DNA of 64,000 bases from an uncultured Candidatus Saccharimonadales bacterium (GTDB lineage: Bacteria; Patescibacteriota; Saccharimonadia; UBA4664). Every line of letters begins with the position of its first letter. The first letter of the stretch is position 1. The notes under the pieces were generated by a model, which saw only the letters and a program-made list of their open reading frames with translations, made no database searches and was not told where the DNA came from. A program made the translations under genes and the position numbers. The DNA is taken from NCBI GenBank assembly GCA_964609585.1, contig CAZSRA010000001.1, forward strand, positions 220,697 to 284,696. Reading direction: 5' to 3'. Below are positions 19,522 through 29,648 of this stretch, in pieces.

Positions 19522-21018
19522 TCAAACGTTCAAAATTTTTGAGGCTAAATCGAGGCGCGAGAGGGTGGTTTTAGAGCCAAGGACATGAAGTGTTTCGAAA
19601 ATGCCAGGGGCGGCTTTTTGGCCAGTGACGGCGACGCGCAGAGCCGAGAAGAGGATGCCAGGCTTTACCTCAAGGTCGGTGGCGAGTTGGCGTAGTTTTG
19701 TTTCGAGATCAGCATGGGTGAAGTCGCTTTCGGCTAGAATCTGCCGGCTTGATTGAAGACACTCAGCAAATGTTGGGTGGCTATAGCGATCGGAAGCAGC
19801 TTCTGATTGCAGGAGACCGTCTTCGTGGGTAGGATCCTCGAAAAAGAACTGGGTGAGTTCCGGTAGCTCGGCTAGGAACTTGAGGCGCTCCTGAACGAGG
19901 CTGAGGACCTGGAGGCGATAATTTTCGGGGTAAGACTGGGCTGAGGCCGGCCAGAAGCTTCCAGCGCGTTCTAGGAGCTCTGAGAGCGGCATTTGGCGAA
20001 TGAGGAGGCCGTTGATCCAGGTGAGACGGTTTTTATCGAATTGAGCGGGGCTTTTTTGGACTCGACTGAGGGTGAATTTTTCGATGAGTTCTGAGGGTGA
20101 GTAGACTTCCTGGGTGGTGCCGTCGTTCCAGCCGAGTGAGGCGAGAAAGCTCATGAGGGCTTCGGGTAGGTAGCCTTCTGCGATGTACTCCCCGACAGAC
20201 TGGGCACCATCACGTTTGGAGAGCTTCTTCTTGCCGTCGGGACCTTGGACAGGGGGGAGATGCGCGTATATTGGTGCGTCCCAGCCAAAAGCTTCAAAGA
20301 GGAGAAGATGTTTGGGGGTGCTGGGCAGCCATTCGTCGGCGCGCAGGACGTGGGTGATTTCCATGAGGCGGTCGTCGACGACATTCGCGAAGTGGTATGT
20401 GGGATAGCCGTCGGATTTGAGGGCTACGAAATCGTCGAGTTCGGTAATTTTGAACTCCATATGGCCGCGCACGGCGTCTTCCCAGGCAATGACGGCAGGT
20501 GTTTCGGGTACTTGGAACCTGAGGACATGGGCTTCTGTTGGGGGGCGGTGATTTTCTGGGGTGAGGCAGTGACGGTCGTATTTGAAAGCCACCCCGGCCT
20601 TTTGGGCTTCGGTACGGAGCGCGGCGAGGCGTTCGGAAGTACACCAACAACGGTAAAGGACGCCTTTTTCTAGTAATTGGTCGGCATATTTTTTGTAGAT
20701 ACCTAGGCGCTGAGACTGGAGATATGGTCCGAATTTGCCACCTTGACGCAGGCCTTCGTCGGGCGCAATGCCGAGAGCAACGAGACTGTCATTGATTTGA
20801 TCGATAGCGTCTGGAACAAGGCGTGCCTGGTCTGTATCTTCGATACGAAGCACAAAGACTCCACCGGTGTGGCGAGCCCAGAGCCAGTTGAATAGCCCGG
20901 AGCGAATACTGCCGACATGCAGGTGGCCGGTAGGACTGGGAGCAAAACGTACGCGGGTTGGCTTTGACATGTGGCCTATTATAGCGCGTAATTGTCTGAA
21001 ATTATAGCCCGATAGCAC
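19522..21018 (-). CDS. gltX: glutamyl-tRNA synthetase
   Basis: HIGH motif (PSPTGHLHVGS) and KMSKS motif (KLSKR); class I Glx-tRNA synthetase catalytic and anticodon-binding regions. Confidence 0.9.
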   Translation of the reverse strand: MLSGYNFRQLRAIIGHMSKPTRVRFAPSPTGHLHVGSIRSGLFNWLWARHTGGVFVLRIEDTDQARLVPDAIDQINDSLVALGIAPDEGLRQGGKFGPYLQSQRLGIYKKYADQLLEKGVLYRCWCTSERLAALRTEAQKAGVAFKYDRHCLTPENHRPPTEAHVLRFQVPETPAVIAWEDAVRGHMEFKITELDDFVALKSDGYPTYHFANVVDDRLMEITHVLRADEWLPSTPKHLLLFEAFGWDAPIYAHLPPVQGPDGKKKLSKRDGAQSVGEYIAEGYLPEALMSFLASLGWNDGTTQEVYSPSELIEKFTLSRVQKSPAQFDKNRLTWINGLLIRQMPLSELLERAGSFWPASAQSYPENYRLQVLSLVQERLKFLAELPELTQFFFEDPTHEDGLLQSEAASDRYSHPTFAECLQSSRQILAESDFTHADLETKLRQLATDLEVKPGILFSALRVAVTGQKAAPGIFETLHVLGSKTTLSRLDLASKILNV

Positions 21019-21340
21019 TCAGGTCAATGGATTCCCAATCGTCGCCATTTTCGCGAAAGACATTGGTGCGCAAACTGGTTTCGCTCGGATCGTAGATGTT
21101 TTCGACGCGCGTGGAGGCGCCAGCACGGCGTGCACCCATCGTTTTGCGGTCGATAATGGCCGGTCCCTGTACGCGTTCGAGTTTGAGTTTTTCGCCGTCG
21201 CGGCTAAAAATTACGAATGACACATGCTCGGTGAGGTCCGGCGCGTCGGCGACAGCGCGAGTAGTGCGGCCGTGTTTTATGAGGCCAAATTTGGTGTCGA
21301 TGGCATCCACGATGCGGTCCCAGGCTTTGTCGTCTTGCAT
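21002..21340 (-). CDS. hypothetical protein
   Basis: 112-aa ORF overlapping the gltX start by 17 nt; no recognisable motif. Confidence 0.35.
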   Translation of the reverse strand: MQDDKAWDRIVDAIDTKFGLIKHGRTTRAVADAPDLTEHVSFVIFSRDGEKLKLERVQGPAIIDRKTMGARRAGASTRVENIYDPSETSLRTNVFRENGDDWESIDLSAIGL

Positions 21341-21371
21341 ACACTCTCCCCTATTGGTTGCTGGTAGTTTA

Positions 21372-22478
21372 TCACAGACTATAAATGAGCTTGAGAATTT
21401 GCTGTTGGCTTAGATGATCCGCACCTTCGATGCTAAACCAGATGCCTTTGTTGACCCAGGTGGCATGGTTGTTATTAAACATATAAATGGTAAGGCCCTG
21501 ACCTTGAACGGTGGAATAATCGTCGGTGTTTTTGGCAACGTAGTTGTCGAGCAGTGAGCTCGAATCCCAAGTGGTACGGTGTTGATCAATCTTGAGGGGT
21601 GAACTGGCGCTAGGACTTGAAAAGTTGAGAGTAACAAGCCCGGGGCTGGCAGTGGTGCGACTCAAGCTATAACTAGACGGCAAATAGCCGGGTAAAGAGG
21701 CGGCAACTCCGGCGCGGTTGTCGGCGCCTTGAAGAGCAAATTTCGGGTAATTTTGGAGCCAAATATACCCGCCCATAATCACAACTGCAGCAATCGTGGT
21801 AGCGATCCGGCTATGGTGGGGACTGAGTTTAAGGTGGACGCGCCCCGGAGTACCAAGAGGGGATGGAGTTGGGGTCAGTGGTGGCGGTGTTGGGACGAGG
21901 CGAGTCATGGCCTCGTGATGCGTGGCGGTGAGTTTGGGTAATTCTGCTAGTGGTTCATCGGTGTGGGGGGCGCTATGGGCGGCAGCTGGCTCATCTAGGT
22001 GCTCGTCAGGGAGCCGGCTGCCAGAAAATTTGTCGATGTGAGGGCTGCGGCTAATTTGTTTGGCTTTTTCAATGCGGTCACTAAAATGAGCAAGGTGCCG
22101 TTCATGGGCTGTGGTGTGTGGCGGAGCAGCTGGGTCATGGTGAGGAGCGGCTGCTACTTTTGGGGTGGCGTCCGTGCGGGCTCTGGCGCCGCGCAGGTCA
22201 AGCACCTGGCCATTTTTGGCACGGCCATGTAAGGCTGAGGCGCCGACGGGGGCTTGAGTTTTTTTTGTGGGTTTGGGAGTAGCTTGAATGTTTGTACGAC
22301 TGCGTGGTGATAGATCGAGCGACAAACGCTTGGGTGCTTGAGTATTTTCGGCTGCTGGCGTACCGCAAACAGAACAATAGAGTTGTCCGCCAATCTTGAT
22401 GGGCGAGGTTTCGCGCTGGCACACTGGGCAATTCACTTCGAAAACAGGCTCTTGTTTATTGTGCTTATGGTACAACAT
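21372..22478 (-). CDS. membrane protein with N-terminal zinc ribbon (CPVC...CSVC) and Pro-rich spacer
   Basis: CxxC-x17-CxxC at the N-terminus, a low-complexity His/Pro-rich middle, a single TM helix and a C-terminal extracytoplasmic domain. Confidence 0.45.
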   Translation of the reverse strand: MLYHKHNKQEPVFEVNCPVCQRETSPIKIGGQLYCSVCGTPAAENTQAPKRLSLDLSPRSRTNIQATPKPTKKTQAPVGASALHGRAKNGQVLDLRGARARTDATPKVAAAPHHDPAAPPHTTAHERHLAHFSDRIEKAKQISRSPHIDKFSGSRLPDEHLDEPAAAHSAPHTDEPLAELPKLTATHHEAMTRLVPTPPPLTPTPSPLGTPGRVHLKLSPHHSRIATTIAAVVIMGGYIWLQNYPKFALQGADNRAGVAASLPGYLPSSYSLSRTTASPGLVTLNFSSPSASSPLKIDQHRTTWDSSSLLDNYVAKNTDDYSTVQGQGLTIYMFNNNHATWVNKGIWFSIEGADHLSQQQILKLIYSL

Positions 22479-22498
22479 TGTTGACTCATGTGGAATAG

Positions 22499-23350
22499 CT
22501 AGCGGCGTGATTTCCAGACGAGATAGATGAATCGTGGGATAGCAATTTGACGGCGAAGGCGTTTGGGCTCACCTATAAGGCGCCATAGCCATTCGAGGCC
22601 GAGATGCTGTATCCTCGCCGGAGCTTTGCGGCGGGTGCCACCAAAGCTTTCGTAGTCGAACGTCCCGCCTTCGCCAATGAAGACGCCGTGCAGCACACTT
22701 GCGGCAAGGTGGGTGCAGACTTGCTCTTGCAGGGGGAAACCCATGCCAACGAGAATAAGGTCTGGTTTTGCCTCTTTGATGCTTGCAGTAGTTTGGGCGA
22801 GCCATTCGGGGCTCACCTTCCCATATGTGCTCTTTGGATCGTGGCCCGCAGTGGTGCCGGCGATGATTATGTTTGGCAGACGACGGGTGATGGTGGTGGC
22901 GACATGGTCGATGGCGGACGGGCTGGTTTTGCCGATGAGGAATATGCGCAATTTGTTTGCGGCGGCTGATTCGAGAAGGGGCCAGGTAAAATTGGTGCCG
23001 GCGGCGCGATCAGGTATGGGCCAATTAAGTTCAGCAGGAGCGAAGATTATTTGGCTTAAAGTAAGCCAAAACCGCCTAAGCGTCCGCGGGCCGGCATAGA
23101 GGAAATGAGCGGCCCAGATAAGCGCTATGCCATCGGCAATCGAGAGTTCGGCGTCATTTAGGAGCGTGGCTAGTTTGGGCTGTTTGTGGGCGGCAGTGAG
23201 GAATTCTACGTAGGGTTTAACGATGTAGCAGGCCGGACGGGTTTGGTCTGCGGCCCTTTGGCAGAGGTAGGTAATGGCGGCTTTTGTGCTGAGGACATCG
23301 ACGTCAACGCCAAGGATTTTCACCTTGTCGTATGTGGCTTGTTTAGACAT
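22499..23350 (-). CDS. WecB/TagA/CpsF-family glycosyltransferase (GT26)
   Basis: N-terminal KILGVDVDVLS and C-terminal GLEWLWRLIGEPKRLRR signatures. The start at MSKQATY overlaps the upstream stop by 8 bp (ATGTCTAA). Confidence 0.7.
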   Translation of the reverse strand: MSKQATYDKVKILGVDVDVLSTKAAITYLCQRAADQTRPACYIVKPYVEFLTAAHKQPKLATLLNDAELSIADGIALIWAAHFLYAGPRTLRRFWLTLSQIIFAPAELNWPIPDRAAGTNFTWPLLESAAANKLRIFLIGKTSPSAIDHVATTITRRLPNIIIAGTTAGHDPKSTYGKVSPEWLAQTTASIKEAKPDLILVGMGFPLQEQVCTHLAASVLHGVFIGEGGTFDYESFGGTRRKAPARIQHLGLEWLWRLIGEPKRLRRQIAIPRFIYLVWKSRR

Positions 23351-24686
23351 GGTTTGCTTCCGATGAAGAGCTTGCGGCAGCAGCGGCGCAGATCCAGACG
23401 ATGAGAGCGGTGGTCGAGTCGGTCCAAGCTGGGAGAACGAGACAAACGAGGCTAACGCCAGCAAGAGCCGCGGTGGTAGCAACGGTGAGCGGTTGACTCT
23501 TGGCGCGGCGCATGAGATCCCATAGCAAGAGCGCAAGGACGGCTATGAAAGCAATGAGTCCAAGTACCCCAGTTTCGTATCCAATCTGGAGGTAATTATT
23601 TTCGATAATGTTGGTGTTGGCGGTATGGAAGGTGGCGGGTCCAGCAGTGCCAAGCCCGTGGCCAAATGGATTTTTTAGCATTGCTAGAGCGCCGTCTTTG
23701 AGCGAAGTCGCGTGCTGGGAATCAGATAAATTGGCTTGACTGTGGGTGGCGAGGCTTGAATGCAACAGGAAGTACTGCAAAGATCCGCCGCGGTTTATGA
23801 CGAACGGAAGTAGGACCGCGGCTAGAATTACGAGTGAACTGGCTGTCAGGAGGTATGTTCGTTTGAAGCGGTGCGGGATGATGCGAAATGAGACATAACA
23901 AACGGCGAGTAGTGCACCCAGCCAGGCTCCGCGGGAGAACGTGAATGTGAGGCTAATAATGGATGCTACTGTAAGGACGAGAAGCGGCCAGCGTCGGTAC
24001 CAGAGGCTTAGGATGATGCTCAGACATAGTGGCAGGATGAGGTAGGTCCCAAGTTGGTTCGGTCCACCCAGGGTGGCGGGAAAGCGGAGGGCATTTGTGC
24101 CTGCGGCGATGTGTTGGTACGGGAGGATGGTGTCCGGCCCGTAGCCGAAATGGGTGAGGAAATTGGGTGGTAGGAGGAAGATTTGGGTGATATCGAAAGC
24201 GGTGACAAGTCCGGCACCTGCAATAACGGCGACGATAAGACGTCGCGTAAATTTCGGTGAGGCGACGAGTGTGGCTATGATGGCCGCCAGGAGAAATTCC
24301 AGATCGGTTTTGAGGCCGAAGGCGATGGCTGCAAGGGGAGGTCTTGCGACGGCCGTGATCGTGAGTGCAACGGCTATGAAAGCGGCGGCGGCTAGAATCC
24401 AGGGTTGTCGGAGTTTGGCAAGACGATGTGGCTCACGCACGACAAGGAGGGTGGTGGCAGACGCGAGAATGAGCAGGAGCACTTCTTTCCAGGCTTGGAT
24501 TATGGCTTCGTGGTGGTTTAAACTGCCGAGCCAGACGCTGAGGAAAGCGTGAAAGGGCATGAGGGTGACGATTGCTATGAGGCCCCATTGGATGGCGGTA
24601 GCGAGCTGGGAATGCTTGCGAGAATTTACATTACCTTCCCCCACCCTACCTGTGTTCATGTTGGGGCTTGAGGCGACAGGGCTCAT
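23343..24686 (-). CDS. O-antigen ligase / Wzy-like polymerase family membrane protein
   Basis: About 11 TM helices with a large periplasmic loop, as in the Wzy_C/O-antigen ligase family. Confidence 0.55.
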   Translation of the reverse strand: MSPVASSPNMNTGRVGEGNVNSRKHSQLATAIQWGLIAIVTLMPFHAFLSVWLGSLNHHEAIIQAWKEVLLLILASATTLLVVREPHRLAKLRQPWILAAAAFIAVALTITAVARPPLAAIAFGLKTDLEFLLAAIIATLVASPKFTRRLIVAVIAGAGLVTAFDITQIFLLPPNFLTHFGYGPDTILPYQHIAAGTNALRFPATLGGPNQLGTYLILPLCLSIILSLWYRRWPLLVLTVASIISLTFTFSRGAWLGALLAVCYVSFRIIPHRFKRTYLLTASSLVILAAVLLPFVINRGGSLQYFLLHSSLATHSQANLSDSQHATSLKDGALAMLKNPFGHGLGTAGPATFHTANTNIIENNYLQIGYETGVLGLIAFIAVLALLLWDLMRRAKSQPLTVATTAALAGVSLVCLVLPAWTDSTTALIVWICAAAAASSSSEANHV

Positions 24687-24688
24687 GG

Positions 24689-25693
24689 TTATTTCACTGC
24701 GACCAAACTACGCTTGTATTCTTCGAGGTTGTCGAGGGCAATGCCGGTACCGCGGGCGACGCACAAAAGAGGTTCTTCGGCCACGACACAGGGTACGCCG
24801 GTGACTTGGGTGAGCATTTTGTCGAGATTTTGGAGAAGCGCTCCCCCGCCGGTGAGGACCATACCGCGGTCGATGATGTCGCTGGAGAGCTCGGGTGGGG
24901 TTTGTTCGAGGACGACGCGAATGGCTTGCAGGATTTTTTCGAGTTCGTCTTGAATAGCGCCGGAGATTTCATTGGCGTGAATGGTGATGGTTTTGGGCAG
25001 TCCGGCTAGGACGTCACGGCCGCGGATTTCCATGCTTTTGTCGCGGGTGAGCAGGAGCGCGGTGCCGAGAGTTTGCTTAATGTGTTCGGCTGTGCGGTCG
25101 CCAATAGCTAGGCCGTAAGTGCGGCGAATGTATTCGGCTATGGCGTTGTCGAGGCGATTGCCGCCGACCCTGATGCTGTGCTGAGCTACGACGCCGCCAA
25201 GCGAAAGGATGGCGATTTCGGTGGTGCCGCCGCCGATGTCGACCACCATGTTGCCGGCGGCGGAGGCTATGGGGATGCCGGCGCCGATGGCGGCGGCTAC
25301 GGGCTCGCGAATAATGTAGGCTGCCCGGGCGCCGGCAGCCAGCGTGGCGTCGATGACGGCCCGGCGTTCGGTAGAGGTAGCGCCGGCGGGTACACACACC
25401 ATCACATCGGGGCGGCTTAGGCGAAATCCGCCGGAGACTTTGGCGATGTAGTGGCGGATCATGGCGCTGGTGATGCGGTAATCGGCAATGACACCGTCGC
25501 GCAAGGGTCTGGAGGCTGTGATGGTGTCGGGGGTGCGGCCAAGCATTTCTTTGGCTTCGGTGCCGATGGCTACGATTTTGTTCGTATCATCGATGGCGAC
25601 GACGCTGGGTTCATTGATGACGATGCCACGTTTTGGGACGTAGACGAGAACATTGGCGGTGCCGAGATCGATTGCGATGCGCTTAGAAAACAT
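24689..25693 (-). CDS. mreB: rod shape-determining protein MreB
   Basis: N-terminal IDLGTANVLVYV phosphate-1 motif; actin-like ATPase of about 334 aa. Confidence 0.9.
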   Translation of the reverse strand: MFSKRIAIDLGTANVLVYVPKRGIVINEPSVVAIDDTNKIVAIGTEAKEMLGRTPDTITASRPLRDGVIADYRITSAMIRHYIAKVSGGFRLSRPDVMVCVPAGATSTERRAVIDATLAAGARAAYIIREPVAAAIGAGIPIASAAGNMVVDIGGGTTEIAILSLGGVVAQHSIRVGGNRLDNAIAEYIRRTYGLAIGDRTAEHIKQTLGTALLLTRDKSMEIRGRDVLAGLPKTITIHANEISGAIQDELEKILQAIRVVLEQTPPELSSDIIDRGMVLTGGGALLQNLDKMLTQVTGVPCVVAEEPLLCVARGTGIALDNLEEYKRSLVAVK

Positions 25694-25741
25694 TCTCCTA
25701 GTATAAGATGACTACCGCGAAAATGCGAAGCCGGTGTATAC

Positions 25742-27142
25742 TTGGATATGAAATTCATGCTGCGACGTATTTTTATTATTTTTGGTTACGTTGGTTTTGT
25801 GCTGGCGCTTATCGTCTTCACGGCGGCTTTAGTGGCGTACGGCAAAGACTATAGCTATGACTTTGCGACTCATAAGGTTATTCAAAATGGGCATGTAATT
25901 ATTGCGACAGTGCCGAATGGGGCTACGATTACAGCTGACGGTAAGCAACTAAAGCAAACAACGCCGTATCAGGCGGCATACAAAGTGGGCGTTCACACGT
26001 TTAGCCTGACTAAGGATGGTTTTTGGCCGTGGCAGAAGATGCTGAAGGTGGTAGCGGGGCGCGTGAGTTTGGCAGATTATGTGACGCTTGTGCCCAAACA
26101 GCCGGCTCAGACGGTGTTTGATAGCCGGACGGCGATCACTGCTCAGGCTATGAGCCGGGACGGCCGGCATTTGGTTTACATCACTGGTGGGACTGATCCG
26201 GCGGTCGTGACGCTTGACGTTGGTAGCAAGAAATTGGTGAAACTCTATGTGCCTAAGGCGGCTACGGCGACTGATCCGGCGGAGGTTTTACAAAGCGTGA
26301 CGTGGTCTAGTGATGCCTCACATGTATTGATCGTAAGTACGATTGGCGCTCAGCCAGTTCACCGCCTGGCGGCAGCGAGTGGTGGAGAGCCGGTTAATTT
26401 GACGGCGGTGTATGGATTTAATTTGACGGGACTAAGCTTTTCCGGTTCGAACTGGAAGCAGCTGTACTGGATTTCGCCCGACGGCCTGCGCCGGTTGGAT
26501 GTAGACGCACAGACGGTAACTGGAGTGCTCGCGGATAAAGTAAGTCAATTTTGGACTGAGCCGGACCGAGTGTTGTATGTGCAGCAGACTGAGCTTGGCA
26601 GGTCGCTGTGGAGTATGGATGGTCATGGCAAGCGTCAAGAGCTAATCCCGGCGCTCACCGAAAGTGATGTGTACTCGGTGGCCGAGGCTCGTTATAACGG
26701 GACCGACGAACTGGTGGTGGTGCCGGCTAAAACCGGCGTGGCGACGCTCTACTCAGACATTTTTAGCGACACTCCGGAGTCTAAGGTGATTGCTCGTGAT
26801 GTGACGGGGGCGAGTTTTTCACCTAAGGGGACTTTTCTAGAGCTCGACTCGCCGGTGGCGACGCGGGTTTACGACTTGGAACAATCGGCTGTGCAGCAGT
26901 CATTTGTGCTCTATACGTTTTCGGCTCATACGGGCGTAAGCACGTGGTTTGACGAGTCTCATTTGCTTACGAGTCGTGATGGTGAGCTGAGTTTTGGTGA
27001 CTATGATGGTACAAACTCCGTTGATTTGGGCAAGGGTTACGGCGGATTTCCGGCGTATGTCTCGGGAGACGGTCGGTCGGTCGTAATGTTTCAACCTTCC
27101 GCTACTGGAGTGCGAGTGCAGGGAGAACTGATTAAGCCATAG
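25742..27142 (+). CDS. membrane-anchored protein with PEGA-like domain and beta-propeller (TolB-like) region
   Basis: N-terminal TM helix, a PEGA-like stretch (IATVPNGATITADGKQL), then WD/propeller-like repeats. Confidence 0.4.
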   Translation: MDMKFMLRRIFIIFGYVGFVLALIVFTAALVAYGKDYSYDFATHKVIQNGHVIIATVPNGATITADGKQLKQTTPYQAAYKVGVHTFSLTKDGFWPWQKMLKVVAGRVSLADYVTLVPKQPAQTVFDSRTAITAQAMSRDGRHLVYITGGTDPAVVTLDVGSKKLVKLYVPKAATATDPAEVLQSVTWSSDASHVLIVSTIGAQPVHRLAAASGGEPVNLTAVYGFNLTGLSFSGSNWKQLYWISPDGLRRLDVDAQTVTGVLADKVSQFWTEPDRVLYVQQTELGRSLWSMDGHGKRQELIPALTESDVYSVAEARYNGTDELVVVPAKTGVATLYSDIFSDTPESKVIARDVTGASFSPKGTFLELDSPVATRVYDLEQSAVQQSFVLYTFSAHTGVSTWFDESHLLTSRDGELSFGDYDGTNSVDLGKGYGGFPAYVSGDGRSVVMFQPSATGVRVQGELIKP

Positions 27143-27144
27143 GT

Positions 27145-28212
27145 TTATTTGGCGGCTGGTAGTTGGCCAGCGGCAGCAGGCGTTGGGGTGGGGCCTGGGT
27201 TTTTGGCGCCAAAGAGTGATGTGATGCCGGTGAATACGCCGTCGATAGCTTTGGTGATTTGATCGAGAATGCTGGGGGCAGTTGAGCTGGTGAGGCTGGT
27301 GGGGTTGGTCGTTGTCTGCGGCGCCCTCACGACAACGGCCTGATTTGGGCTAGGATCAATTTGTTTTGCGGTTACAACGAGACGACGCAGCGAGGTGCCT
27401 GGAGGTGTGCAGGTGATGAGGGTGAGAGTGGGGGTGGGGGTGGCATTGAGTACCGATACGTCGGTGGGATCGACGACTTTGCTGCCGGTGACTTCATAGG
27501 TGTAGCGTTTGGATTGGTAATCGAGGCTAATGTGGTCGCCGGGGCTGAGTTTGTCGAGGAGCACAAATACAAACTTGAAATTACCTGGCTCCCACCAGTC
27601 GTTTGAGGAGTGGCCAAAAATGGCGACATTGCCGGCTTGGCCGGGGGCGGCGGTGTTGCCATAGTGCACTACGCCGTTTTGCAGAGCGGCTTGGACAGCG
27701 GCTTCTTGGATGCTGGGTTCGTATTGGACGGGGGCGTGAACATTGATTTTGGCGATGGTGATGGTGTTTTCGGCTGGAATAGCTTCAGCCGCAGCGGGAG
27801 TTACCGCACTTACCGGCGAGGGTTCGGGGTGATGGCCGAGTGAATATTGAACTTGATTGATAATAATGGGTGCTTTAAATAGCAAGAGCACAAGCAAGAA
27901 TATGCCAGCAGCGGTTAGAAATGGCACCAGGGCAGAAGGCACTTTGCGGCGATGAATCATAGGGGCGGTTTGGGCTGTGGTTGCGAGCGCTTGTTTGCTT
28001 GTAACGAGGTCTACGGTGGGTGTTGCCGGAACGGCTTCGGCGCGCGTTAGAGGGTGGATTTCGGGAGTGGCGGCAATGCGAGCTCTGGCAATGGCGGCGG
28101 CTTCAGGGTGCAAGACTCGTTCCGGTGAACGTACAGCTTGGGTCTGCGCAATGGGAAATTCGTTGCGCAGTCTGATCGAGCCGATGGTTAAGGTGTCGGA
28201 ATTGTTTGCCAT
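27145..28212 (-). CDS. sortase family transpeptidase
   Basis: Catalytic triad context: His (NVAIFGHSS), Cys (LTLITCTP) and Arg (LRRLVV); N-terminal TM anchor. Confidence 0.75.
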   Translation of the reverse strand: MANNSDTLTIGSIRLRNEFPIAQTQAVRSPERVLHPEAAAIARARIAATPEIHPLTRAEAVPATPTVDLVTSKQALATTAQTAPMIHRRKVPSALVPFLTAAGIFLLVLLLFKAPIIINQVQYSLGHHPEPSPVSAVTPAAAEAIPAENTITIAKINVHAPVQYEPSIQEAAVQAALQNGVVHYGNTAAPGQAGNVAIFGHSSNDWWEPGNFKFVFVLLDKLSPGDHISLDYQSKRYTYEVTGSKVVDPTDVSVLNATPTPTLTLITCTPPGTSLRRLVVTAKQIDPSPNQAVVVRAPQTTTNPTSLTSSTAPSILDQITKAIDGVFTGITSLFGAKNPGPTPTPAAAGQLPAAK

Positions 28213-28319
28213 AATTGTTTGTAGTACCGGTTCTATGATATCTTGAGTTACGTGTTAACGCCAAACCTTAGCCCTTCACGTTTGGTTATTATAGCATAAA
28301 TGTACCTATATTACAATTT

Positions 28320-28406
28320 GCCGCTGTGGTGGAATGGTAGACACAAGGGACTCAAAATCCCTCGATCGTAAAGATCATGTCGGTTCGAGTCCGACCAGCG
28401 GTACCA
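28320..28406 (+). tRNA. tRNA-Leu (anticodon CAA), class II with long variable arm
   Basis: 7-bp acceptor stem GCCGCTG/CAGCGGT, anticodon loop CTCAAAA, T-arm GGTTCGAGTCC, and an encoded CCA. Confidence 0.85.
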
Positions 28407-28463
28407 AGAACTTATGCTTATGGCGATCCGATTTGGGTTGTTATTTGTTTTATCGCCTGTTTT

Positions 28464-29453
28464 TTAAGAAGCCTGTGCGACTAACTCTTCAAAATGCTCA
28501 AAGGTTGGTGGTGTTTCTTTTAAATTATCGGTAATGCCTGTGAGCAGAATGTAATCATTTCGCGCGTTCATACCGTGTCCTGTGTAACTATTCCAGCCCA
28601 ATTCTTTGGCTTTTTCGACAACATCAATTTCGAGGTGGGGACGAATGTCTACAAACACACCTTCTTTACCAGTGTGGGCTTCGAGAATTTGGTTGATGCC
28701 CGATTCGTCGGTGGCCCCTTCCTTTCCGGCGGCATTAATGACAATGACTCCTTCGGGCAAGGTTGATCCATCGATCTCACTGAGTGACGCACGATATTCG
28801 GTCGTGGTTAATTGTGCTAGGCTCCGGGCTAGATCAGATTTATTAGTAGGGTCGATTAAAACTAATTGACTGGGGTGTTGCGCCGCAATTCTTTTAGCTA
28901 CTGGCTCCCCTACCCCACCGACACCCACAAGAACTACTGGTTTGTCTTCGAAACTCCCCACTTCATCATTGAACCAGCTAACGAATGCTGGTGCATTGAG
29001 ATCGTAGGGGGCAAGCTTTCCTTCAGCATCACGGATGAGTGTATCAACGTTTTCGGAAGAATTTTCGTCTCCTAAAAACATTGCTCGAATGGTAGGCGCA
29101 CTTTTGTGTGGCTGGGTGATGTTGACGGCAGGTACACGATCCATATTCTCTACTAGCTCAAAGAAACGTTGCAACTCCTCAGTATCGTCTTTTTCGATGT
29201 CTACAGGCACATACAGAAAGTTTGGCAGGACTTGATTCATGTACGTGCGGCTAGTGGATTTGTCCCAGCCCTCAGAGTCTTTGTGGGCGATGTATGGGCA
29301 GATTGCGAAGTTCGGATAGTTTTCGATGAACGTTTTGAATCCTTCTACCCCTTTTGCCACTGGTATTTTTTCTTGGGCGAAAGGCATTTCGGCTGAAGCT
29401 GGAAATTCAGGGGATGGTTGATTTTCGTTGGGGTTGAATGAGGGTTGTTCCAT
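28464..29453 (-). CDS. shikimate/quinate dehydrogenase-family oxidoreductase (AroE-like)
   Basis: The segment NITQPHK resembles the NVTIPHK motif, followed by a Rossmann segment VVLVGVGGVG. The gene is noticeably more AT-rich than its neighbours and lies next to the tRNA. Confidence 0.5.
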   Translation of the reverse strand: MEQPSFNPNENQPSPEFPASAEMPFAQEKIPVAKGVEGFKTFIENYPNFAICPYIAHKDSEGWDKSTSRTYMNQVLPNFLYVPVDIEKDDTEELQRFFELVENMDRVPAVNITQPHKSAPTIRAMFLGDENSSENVDTLIRDAEGKLAPYDLNAPAFVSWFNDEVGSFEDKPVVLVGVGGVGEPVAKRIAAQHPSQLVLIDPTNKSDLARSLAQLTTTEYRASLSEIDGSTLPEGVIVINAAGKEGATDESGINQILEAHTGKEGVFVDIRPHLEIDVVEKAKELGWNSYTGHGMNARNDYILLTGITDNLKETPPTFEHFEELVAQAS

Positions 29454-29648
29454 GTGCTAAGTCTAGCAGATTAGGTATATGGGTTTTTATGGTGCGCGTT
29501 CCGAACGGCAGTTCTGTTTAAAGGTTTAGGATTGTTGGATCTCTTAGCTTGTGGTCCGGATAGGATAGCCGACTGACTTTGACCAGTCGTTGATTTGAGC
29601 TGAGGTGGGCTTTGGCCTTATGATAGGAACCATAAGGGATCTAAAGCT

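Noticed and set aside
28334-28534. 66-aa + strand ORF overlapping tRNA-Leu
   Set aside because: It starts inside the tRNA and runs into the antisense of the AroE-like gene, so it is spurious.
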